In this document: in pieces, positions 8,572 through 15,790 of the stretch
Layout: every line of letters begins with the position of its first letter
Position numbering within the stretch: the first letter of the stretch is position 1
Origin: Nostoc sp. PCC 7120 = FACHB-418
GTDB taxonomy: Bacteria > Cyanobacteriota > Cyanobacteriia > Cyanobacteriales > Nostocaceae
Reading direction: 5' to 3'
DNA length: 32,000 bases
NCBI RefSeq assembly: GCF_000009705.1
Contig: NC_003276.1
Coordinates: 60,001 to 92,000 of the forward strand
Program-made: the position numbers and the translations under genes
Notes under the pieces: generated by a model
What the model was told of the DNA's origin: nothing
The model's database searches: none
The model's input: the letters and a program-made list of their open reading frames with translations, nothing else

Positions 8572-9510
8572 TTAGTTTTTGGCTGCAATGCTTTTTGCCA
8601 TTTCTAGAAGCCCAATAGCATTCGCCTCTACCGGATTGTCCAAGACTTTGAAACCGTTTTTCTCCAACAGCTTCGTGAATCCCGGTAACAGACAACCACC
8701 ACCTATCGCCCAGAGTTCATCACCAGAGTGCTTGGCATCAAGCGCCAGATTCACTGCTTTCTTTAAATATTTTTCGTACCAGTCTTTGAGGCAAGCAATG
8801 TAAATCTCTTTGATGTCAATGTCCCGACTATACTTGGTATGCCCCATTTCTAGGCAATAGCGAATTTTGGCTGGATCTCCGACTTTACCACCATTGAGAT
8901 GCTTCATCTTTTGGGCAATATCGTCGATGAGAACTTCAACACCTGTTGGGTATGGGGTATGTACTTCTCGTTTACCCTGGTTGTAACGCGAAAATAAAGT
9001 TGTACCGTTGCCGAAGTCCAGCACAGTCAATTTTTTGGGTAGTGGCTGTCCGAATAATGCTCCCATTCCTTCAGGTATCACCTTCAGCACTTCTACTTTC
9101 ACTTCTGATGGTTTACCCGCCAGTATCGGCTGATATTCTCCATTTAATACTTTCTTCAATTCTTCTGCCAAACCAACATCATGCAAGCTGACAACCATCT
9201 TTAAGTGCCATGCTTTGCGGTGTGGCAAATGTGCTAATGCTCCCAGCAAAGTAGTTAGTGCATTCTTGACTTTGTTTTCATTGCTATCGGTGTTGCGCTC
9301 AAAATGAGTTCCAGCACGAAAAGCTGATTCGCCAACTGTGTAAGCCTTGCCTTCAAACTCTACCCTTCCCGGCACATCTTCCATGTCGGCTGTAGAAATA
9401 TAGCTAGGGATACGAACGACATCAAATCCTTCGACTAAAAGTTTGAGATTGCCGTAACCGTTATCGAACCCTGCGGGAAATATTTTTTGTAATGCGTGAA
9501 CACTTGTCAT
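8572..9510 (-). CDS. parM: Actin-like plasmid segregation ATPase (ParM/StbA/Alp family)
   Basis: Actin-fold motifs are AGFDNGYGNLK (phosphate 1), VLDFGNGTT (phosphate 2) and WAIGGG (adenosine). The start is set at the internal ATG (9510-9508, MTSVHAL...) rather than at the ORF-track start 9564. Confidence 0.7.
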   Translation of the reverse strand: MTSVHALQKIFPAGFDNGYGNLKLLVEGFDVVRIPSYISTADMEDVPGRVEFEGKAYTVGESAFRAGTHFERNTDSNENKVKNALTTLLGALAHLPHRKAWHLKMVVSLHDVGLAEELKKVLNGEYQPILAGKPSEVKVEVLKVIPEGMGALFGQPLPKKLTVLDFGNGTTLFSRYNQGKREVHTPYPTGVEVLIDDIAQKMKHLNGGKVGDPAKIRYCLEMGHTKYSRDIDIKEIYIACLKDWYEKYLKKAVNLALDAKHSGDELWAIGGGCLLPGFTKLLEKNGFKVLDNPVEANAIGLLEMAKSIAAKN

Positions 9511-9784
9511 TAATGTTAAATATGATACAAAAATTGATGGCGATAGAAATAACCTAAAAGCCACCTAAATATATCCTATATGGGTAACAAAATGAACCAA
9601 AAGATTTATAAATGATTTTGGGATACATTTAGACTCTATATGTAGCCCAATAAAAATATGCCCTTTTCAAAATTTTAAAAGCATGATAAACGTGGTACTT
9701 ATTCTTTACCCATAGCTTGACAAAATCACTCACGCAACACCGGATCTGTTAGGGTGATAGCGAATCATAACAAGCTCAAAAGTT

Positions 9785-9804
9785 GTCGAATTTTAAAATT
9801 CGAC
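9785..9804. promoter_or_regulatory. Perfect 20-bp palindrome in the parM/parA divergent intergenic region (candidate operator or centromere-like site)
   Basis: GTCGAATTTTAAAATTCGAC lies about 100 nt upstream of the parA start. Confidence 0.35.
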
Positions 9805-9902
9805 ATAAAACCGAATGTAAGTAATTGCAAAAACTAAAGAGATAAAGATTAAAAGACTTGTTTTAAGTTACTGAAATAGTATTGATATACTGAGGTGTTT
9901 CA

Positions 9903-10691
9903 ATGTCACAAGTAGTAATAGCTGTTTTAGCAAATGCTGGCGGGGTAGGAAAAAGTACTTTATCAGTACACTTAGCTTATGAAGTAAGTCGGCGTAAGTT
10001 AAAAGTGGCACTGTTAGATTTAGATCCGCAGCGATCGCTTGATGTGTTTTGTGGATTAGAAGCCGCAGAAGCCGAGAAGACAATGTTTAAAGTATTATCA
10101 AAAGATTTTATAGGTGATTGGGCTTTAGCATCATCATGGGATGAAACCCGAATAGAGGTTTGCCAAGGACATCCATTACTGGCAGAAATTGCTAATGAGT
10201 TAGTAATTCGTAAGAGAGGAGAATATACGTTAGCAGACAGATTACAAAAATATTCTTTACCCCATGATCTAGTTATTGTAGACTGTCCTGCTACGTTGGG
10301 AATGCTTAACGTCAATGCTTTAGCTGCTGCAACCCATATTTTAGTACCAATACAACTTGAGATGAAAGCAATTTCAGGTTCAGCAGAATTGGTAGAGTGG
10401 TGCATGAATACATCTGAGGAATTACAATTAACACCTAAGCCTCAGATTCTAGGTTTTGTACCTAGTATGTACGATGAGACAGTAGCTATGCACAGGCAGT
10501 ACCATTCACAACTACCTGAAATTGCCCAACAACTAGATATAAAACTTTATCCAAAAATTCGCAGTTCTAATGAATTTAAGAATGCCAGCGCTCATGGGCT
10601 ACCTTTGCATAAGTACCGAAATAAACATCCAGCTTGTAAAGATTTTAAGCAAATCGCTGATGATGTGATTCAATTGATCAAAAACAAGTAA
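9903..10691 (+). CDS. parA: ParA-family partition ATPase
   Basis: Walker A is IAVLANAGGVGKST. Walker B is LVIVDCPATLG. The size of 262 aa and the position directly upstream of a ParB-like gene fit the family. Confidence 0.9.
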   Translation: MSQVVIAVLANAGGVGKSTLSVHLAYEVSRRKLKVALLDLDPQRSLDVFCGLEAAEAEKTMFKVLSKDFIGDWALASSWDETRIEVCQGHPLLAEIANELVIRKRGEYTLADRLQKYSLPHDLVIVDCPATLGMLNVNALAAATHILVPIQLEMKAISGSAELVEWCMNTSEELQLTPKPQILGFVPSMYDETVAMHRQYHSQLPEIAQQLDIKLYPKIRSSNEFKNASAHGLPLHKYRNKHPACKDFKQIADDVIQLIKNK

Positions 10692-10700
10692 GGAGTATTA

Positions 10701-11819
10701 ATGGCCAGAGCTTTACCACAAATAAGTGAAAAATTTAAAGGTGCAGTTCAGAAAACTGACCAAGAGAAGAAAATTGCTCAACTGCAAGCAGAAATAGAAC
10801 AACTGAGGGTTAAGCAATCCCCAGAACTGGAAGCTGAGTTACAACTACTACGGGAAAAACTTAAAAATAGCTCAGGGGAAGTAGAGATTGAGCTTGAATT
10901 AATAGATCCTAATCCTCATCAACCCAGGCAAACAATAACTCTAGAGTCTATTCAAGCTAAAGCTAGACTTCTGAAAAAACACGGGCAGATTACACCTATA
11001 ATTCTTGTAGCTCAAGAAGATGGTCGTTATATACTGTTAGACGGTCAATTACGTACTGAAGGGGCAAAGCTACTAGGATGGAAGTCCATTCGGGCTGTTG
11101 TAGTACCTATGCCCAAGGATTTGACACAATCATCATTAATTACGTTTTTAGGATTTGAAGACTTAAACCCATTGGATAAGGCAGAGGCTGTAATTCAAGA
11201 GGTTATTAAGGCAACTGCATTAAGTTCTGAGGAAATCACTACAGCACTAGCAACTGTACTCAAACGTATTGAACGCGATAGTAACATCAAAGAATTGGCA
11301 AAATTGACAAGTTTAGATGTAGATGAGCAAAAACAAGGATTAGAATCACTGGGGATTATAGGTGAAGAACAAAATTTGTTTTTATCATTGTTGGAGTTGG
11401 GCTTAAATCCAGCTTCAGTCAAATCTAATTTAATACCGATGTTGTTCTTACCTGCTGATTTAAAAAATGCGATTCGTCAAAAGGGTCTTAAAGGGGCGCA
11501 CGCTTTGGCACTATCAACATTATCTGCAAAAGCTTTAGAAACATCTGAAGAAAAGGCTTTAAAAGAGCGAACTAGAATTACTCAAAAAGTTCTGGCAGAA
11601 AATCTTACAGTACCTGAGACACGCGAACTTATCAAAAAAGTTAAAGCTGAATACATAACAAAAACTGAATCTGAATCAAAAGAGGTAAAATTTCTTATTC
11701 AAAAAATCAATAGTATCTCGGAAAAAACCTTAGTAGGTGCAAGTAATAAACAGCTTCAGGAACTTAAAACACTTTTACAACAAAAACTGCTTGAGATAGA
11801 GAACCTGAATCAGAAGTAA
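10701..11819 (+). CDS. parB: ParB/Spo0J-like N-terminal-domain protein
   Basis: LIDPNPHQPRQ and ILLDGQLRTEGAKLLGWKSIRAVVV correspond to the ParB N-terminal domain boxes. An AAGGAG Shine-Dalgarno sequence lies 7 nt upstream, and the start is 10 nt after the parA stop. Confidence 0.8.
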   Translation: MARALPQISEKFKGAVQKTDQEKKIAQLQAEIEQLRVKQSPELEAELQLLREKLKNSSGEVEIELELIDPNPHQPRQTITLESIQAKARLLKKHGQITPIILVAQEDGRYILLDGQLRTEGAKLLGWKSIRAVVVPMPKDLTQSSLITFLGFEDLNPLDKAEAVIQEVIKATALSSEEITTALATVLKRIERDSNIKELAKLTSLDVDEQKQGLESLGIIGEEQNLFLSLLELGLNPASVKSNLIPMLFLPADLKNAIRQKGLKGAHALALSTLSAKALETSEEKALKERTRITQKVLAENLTVPETRELIKKVKAEYITKTESESKEVKFLIQKINSISEKTLVGASNKQLQELKTLLQQKLLEIENLNQK

Positions 11820-11908
11820 CATACTGCTAGGCTTTTAATCGATAATTGGTTCTGTTCCCCTAAACTGATTTCCTTGATAGACACCATCAACTAGCTGCTA
11901 AATAGTCA

Positions 11909-12046
11909 TTACAGGTTCTTGAGATGAGGCAATGTAGCGTTCCCCCCTAGTCCCAAGTAATCGGCAATCCAATACTCTCCAATTCCCAGTGCTTCATAAT
12001 CTTCCACTTTCCGAGCATAGTCATTTTGCCAGTTAGTACTGAATTG
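11909..12046 (-). pseudogene. C-terminal remnant of a Uma2-family (DUF820) endonuclease gene
   Basis: The minus-strand frame reads NQFSTNWQNDYARKVEDYEALGIGEYWIADYLGLGG...*. Compare the intact Uma2 gene in this window (DYRYKRSEYAARGIPEYWIVDP, 29403-29984). The frame is closed by a stop just upstream. Confidence 0.4.
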
Positions 12047-12049
12047 GTT

Positions 12050-12628
12050 TTATATTCTGTTCGCTTGAATAAAAGCGATAGTACTTTTCCAAAGAATTGT
12101 TTGATTCAGCAGATACTGTGCAAATATTGCCTTAACCTTTTGTAGTTCCTCTAGTGTTAAGTTTCGTCCAAGACGTTGTGCGTAACTTGGACGATTACTG
12201 CTATCTGTAAATAAACGTTCCAGAAAATGGCTACTAATGTGCATTTGCGTTGAATTTTGCTCAACAATTACATCTGCCTCTAGCCCTGCTGATTTAAAAG
12301 CGTCACGTAAGTCATCCACGTCCCAATTGAGCATGGGGTCTGAGCCATCATCATAAATTGCTTCTTCTGCTGACATTAAGCGTTTGTATAACTTGCTATC
12401 TACCGGGTGAGCTTCTAGTAGACGATAAAATCTTTGAGTGAAACGTGGTACAGTCTCAGCCAATATCAGCTTTCCTCTTTGGGGTAGTATTTTTACTATC
12501 TCTTGAACAGCATTTGACTTATCAAGCTCAGAAACTAAAACATTACGGCCAATAATAAAATCAAATTGGACATTTGCTGCTTGTTGAGTTATCACCTCAA
12601 CTAATTCAGGAATTGAGGCTTTTGACAT
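12050..12628 (-). pseudogene. Class I SAM-methyltransferase-like ORF, probably 5'-truncated by the adjacent IS
   Basis: The 192-aa ORF has FDFIIGRNVL and GKLILAETVP, resembling the post-motif-I part of the methyltransferase fold. No GxGxG SAM motif is present. Its ATG lies 3 nt from the IS terminal hairpin (12632-12652). Confidence 0.45.
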
Positions 12629-12629
12629 A

Positions 12630-12800
12630 CTCCCCCGAATATAATTCGGGGGATTCTAGGCTCAAACAGCGATTGCTGGCGTAGCCAGTCTGACATCACC
12701 TAACCCAACAGTCGATGCCCCGACTGCACAAATTACCTTAGAGGCGTTTTCGTCTCTCTCGTTCACTGACTGGCAGGACGGACAACTCCACGACCGAACA
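12630..12800 (-). ncRNA. Predicted TnpB omega-RNA (reRNA) scaffold overlapping the tnpB 3' end and the right end of the element
   Basis: Positional inference from established IS200/IS605 biology. The only direct support is the right-end hairpin at 12632-12652. The boundaries are approximate. Confidence 0.3.
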
Positions 12801-13786
12801 GACAAATCAATACTCTCTAAGACATGACCACAGTGAGAACAGGTCTTAGTGCTGGGATACCACTGATCAATGAAGACAATCAGTTTATTCTTCTTTTTGG
12901 CAACCCATTCTAGAATTTCCAGAAACTCACCAAACGCCAAATCTGATATTTTCCTGCCCCAACGTCGTTGCATTCCCTTGAGGTTTAAGGTTTCAAAGCA
13001 GAGAACATCAAACTTATCTGTTAACTCATAAGCTAGTTTCCAGAACCAGTCACGACGGCGATTAGAAATATCTTCGTACTTGCGTACTAGATTAAGTCTC
13101 GCTCGTTTCCGATTAGCCGAACCTTTGAGTTTCTTTGAGTGTTGTCTACTAGCTTTGGTGATAGCGTTTAGAGATTGTTTGAAAAACTGAGGAGAATCAA
13201 TTTTTGTGCCGTCTGAGCAAGTGAGAAATGTCTTCAAACCAAAGTCAAAACCAGCGATTTTACCCGTCTTAATCTCGATTTCTGGCTTAATACCGTCGTC
13301 AACTACCACAACCACGAACAACTCACCTAACGGTGTGCGCTTTATAGTTAGGGTTTTAACTGTTCCCTCTATCTGTCTCGACTTCCAGAATTGATAAACT
13401 CGATTACCGATTTTTACTCTGTTGCCACCTAAAAACTTATAACCTGCTTGTTTTAGGGTGAAGGATTTATATTTCTTCACCTTCTTAAATCCTGGTGGTC
13501 TAACCCCCTTCTTATTGTGTTTAAAAAATAATTGGTAAGCTTTTTCAATGCGTTGACAGATATCTTGCACTGCCTGAGATCCTACAGTTTGCCAAAATGG
13601 GTTACGCTTCCGCAGTTTAGCAATGTGAGCTTGAAGTTTTGCACAACTTAAGTGTTTGCCCCACATTCGGTAGTAGCGTTTGTGTAGGGCAATACAATGG
13701 TTGTAGATTACCCCACTCGCATTAATCATGCGCTTGAGGAATCTATTTCTTTTGTGCTGGTACAGTTTGAACTTCAAGGTTTTCAT
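12662..13786 (-). CDS. tnpB: TnpB (IS605 OrfB-type RNA-guided nuclease)
   Basis: 374 aa. RuvC-I is AGFDFGLK, RuvC-II is LCFETLNLKGM, RuvC-III is NERDENAS, and the zinc finger is CSHCGH...CPSCQ. All catalytic D/E/D positions are present. Confidence 0.9.
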   Translation of the reverse strand: MKTLKFKLYQHKRNRFLKRMINASGVIYNHCIALHKRYYRMWGKHLSCAKLQAHIAKLRKRNPFWQTVGSQAVQDICQRIEKAYQLFFKHNKKGVRPPGFKKVKKYKSFTLKQAGYKFLGGNRVKIGNRVYQFWKSRQIEGTVKTLTIKRTPLGELFVVVVVDDGIKPEIEIKTGKIAGFDFGLKTFLTCSDGTKIDSPQFFKQSLNAITKASRQHSKKLKGSANRKRARLNLVRKYEDISNRRRDWFWKLAYELTDKFDVLCFETLNLKGMQRRWGRKISDLAFGEFLEILEWVAKKKNKLIVFIDQWYPSTKTCSHCGHVLESIDLSVRSWSCPSCQSVNERDENASKVICAVGASTVGLGDVRLATPAIAV

Positions 13787-13834
13787 GTGGTTATAATATC
13801 ATCATTGGTGTAGATAATCAACACTCATCTACAA

Positions 13835-14236
13835 ATGAAAACTACATATAATCATTACAACCATTCAATAGGTTTAGCTACTGTTCACTTAGTCTGGATA
13901 CCCTGTAGGCGCAGGAGAGTTTTCAATAACAACGAAAAATTAAAACTACGATGTATTGAGATATTTCAGTCAGTTGCTAATGATAAAAAGTGGATTATCA
14001 AAGCACTAGAAATTGCTCCTGACCACATTCATTTGTTGGTAGAATATGACCCGCATCACTCAATATCTCAAGTAGTGAAAGCGTTTAAAGGCAGGTCATC
14101 AAGATACTTGAGGCAAGAATTTCCAGAACTAATGAAGCTTCCTAGTTTGTGGACTCACTCTTTCATGTTTGACACAACGGGCAAAGTCAGCACTCAGAAA
14201 GTTTTGGAGTACATAAATGACCCACATCACGGATGA
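13835..14236 (+). CDS. tnpA: IS200/IS605-family Y1 (HUH) transposase
   Basis: 133 aa. The HUH motif is PDHIHLLV and the catalytic Tyr region is GRSSRYLRQEF. Confidence 0.9.
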   Translation: MKTTYNHYNHSIGLATVHLVWIPCRRRRVFNNNEKLKLRCIEIFQSVANDKKWIIKALEIAPDHIHLLVEYDPHHSISQVVKAFKGRSSRYLRQEFPELMKLPSLWTHSFMFDTTGKVSTQKVLEYINDPHHG

Positions 14237-14396
14237 ATAAATTCATCCCCCAGCGCTTATATCCCCCGCATGAATGACGGGGGCTTTACGCATCACGACT
14301 CGTAAACTCAATGCTTCTGGTTCTCACACCAAAAGCATTTCTTTAGCACCAGATGCGATGGCGTAATTACCCTCTTTATAAGAGATCGCCCCACAA

Positions 14397-14648
14397 CTAT
14401 TTTTGAAAATCCACATCGCTCTTATAAACCTTAGCCCTCGGCTTGGCCTTCTTTAGAGGTGCGGCGGCAGACTTCTTGGGAGCCGAAGGTGGACGGCAGG
14501 TTTCGCAATACAGTGGGCGTGGGCCAAATGTCTCGCGGCTTGTCATCTGTTCACATTGCTTACAGACGAAGTTGAACGTGCGGGTGTGTATCGTGCGTTT
14601 GTGCGCTCTGACAGTGTATTCTCTGACATCGATTTCTTTGCTTGCCAT
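14397..14648 (-). CDS. Hypothetical small zinc-ribbon protein with a basic tail
   Basis: 83 aa with CKQC...CETC followed by a Lys/Pro/Ala-rich C-terminus. Confidence 0.4.
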   Translation of the reverse strand: MASKEIDVREYTVRAHKRTIHTRTFNFVCKQCEQMTSRETFGPRPLYCETCRPPSAPKKSAAAPLKKAKPRAKVYKSDVDFQK

Positions 14649-14791
14649 TGCTTATTTCAATTGTTAACTTTTCGGATCTTAGCCTTTGCCAACAGGATTT
14701 CAATAGTCTGGGTAAACATAATTACTCACTTTGTAGAATTAACTTTCAACGGCTACGCCAAAGCTAAACGAAAGCTCGTCTTAGGAAAAAT

Positions 14792-15037
14792 ATGAATAAT
14801 CACAACTTTGATTCCATCTTCCAGGCTGTTTGGGATGGCAGCCAGAGAGTGTGGACTGATGAGGAAAAGGCTGTGGTTGTAAGCCATCCCGAACTGCTCA
14901 ATCAGTTGCAATCCTGGGCAGACAATAACAATAGTGATAGCTGTTGGCATAAGGCTAATTACGATTTGGTTAAACCTAAGTCTTGTATTGCCAATACCAT
15001 TTCTTCTGCGGACGAAGATATTCACATACCGTTTTAA
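14792..15037 (+). CDS. Hypothetical protein
   Basis: 81-aa ORF, co-directional with the downstream genes and preceded by a GGCTACGCCAAAGC motif. Confidence 0.4.
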   Translation: MNNHNFDSIFQAVWDGSQRVWTDEEKAVVVSHPELLNQLQSWADNNNSDSCWHKANYDLVKPKSCIANTISSADEDIHIPF

Positions 15038-15168
15038 CCGCTTTGCACTCACTAGCTGAAAATGGCTACGCCAAAGCTTATGTGAGGGTTGCAGCGACGA
15101 CACGCTTCAGACCCAACTGCAATACCTCATCACATTGAAGAAAAATTACAAACATTCGGAGTCTCATT

Positions 15169-15615
15169 ATGGATATTCAAGCTACCCTCAACCTCATGAT
15201 TCAAGCAGTCGTTATGGGAGTTGTCGCACTGATGGTTTTCGATTTCGTTGGTGGTTTGTGGGTCGTACCACTACCAGGTGCAGGATGGCAACCGCCAATT
15301 ATCGAACAGTCCACAGTTTCCGTATTTCAACAAGTTCCTACTCCACAACAGGAAATTCCACTCCCCACTCCCGCAATCGCACCACAGTTTGAGGAAATTC
15401 CCGACCCCTGGACATTAGAAACCCAATCCCCTCAGAACTGTCTTCCAGCGTCAGCAGCAATAGTCTTATTCCCTACCCTCCAACTACTGCCACCAGCCAA
15501 AGCCCAAGAAGTACAACCGACTAAACCAAAGCGCAGAACTAGCAAATCCACCAATCCCACACTGCCTAAATCTCCCCGCCAGCGCCAGCCAAAACCACGC
15601 AAGATAACTGCTTAG
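15169..15615 (+). CDS. Hypothetical membrane-anchored Pro/Gln-rich protein
   Basis: An N-terminal hydrophobic helix (LMIQAVVMGVVALMVFDFVGGLWVV) is followed by a proline-rich segment and a basic tail. Confidence 0.5.
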   Translation: MDIQATLNLMIQAVVMGVVALMVFDFVGGLWVVPLPGAGWQPPIIEQSTVSVFQQVPTPQQEIPLPTPAIAPQFEEIPDPWTLETQSPQNCLPASAAIVLFPTLQLLPPAKAQEVQPTKPKRRTSKSTNPTLPKSPRQRQPKPRKITA

Positions 15616-15790
15616 TCCGATTGGCGATCCCCCCGACCACGCTTCAAAAAGGGCGATCGCCTCTACTAATTAAACAGTGACACTAATTAACGAAGTTTCT
15701 CATGAATACAAGTCAATGCTCAACTTGAGGCACAAAAGTATTAACAAACGGCTACGCCAAAGCGAAAGTGAAAATTATATCTATATATAT

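Larger units (their letters stand above)
12629..14290 (-). mobile_element. IS200/IS605-family insertion sequence (divergent tnpA/tnpB, IS605-like organisation)
   Basis: A Y1 HUH transposase and TnpB are separated by 48 bp. Subterminal hairpins with the same CCCCCG/CGGGGG stems sit at both ends: cccccgaat-ata-attcggggg at 12632-12652 and cccccg-catgaatga-cggggg at 14263-14283. A further hairpin ggatgaat-aa-attcatcc lies at 14231-14248. The exact ends were not determined. Confidence 0.85.

Noticed and set aside
9511-9564. 18-codon N-terminal extension of the ParM-like ORF (MAFRLFLSPSIFVSYLTL)
   Set aside because: The extension is hydrophobic and atypical for actin-like ATPases. The phosphate-1 motif follows closely after the internal Met.
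15135-15392. 85-aa ORF overlapping the 148-aa ORF in another frame
   Set aside because: It is an Arg/Ser/Thr-rich out-of-frame shadow. The 148-aa frame has a credible transmembrane helix.
15677-15790. GTG-initiated 38-codon N-terminal extension of the strawberry-notch-like ORF
   Set aside because: The extension spans the dispersed GGCTACGCCAAAGC repeat and an AT-rich tatatatat tract. The ATG at 15791 is the more plausible start. This remains unproven.
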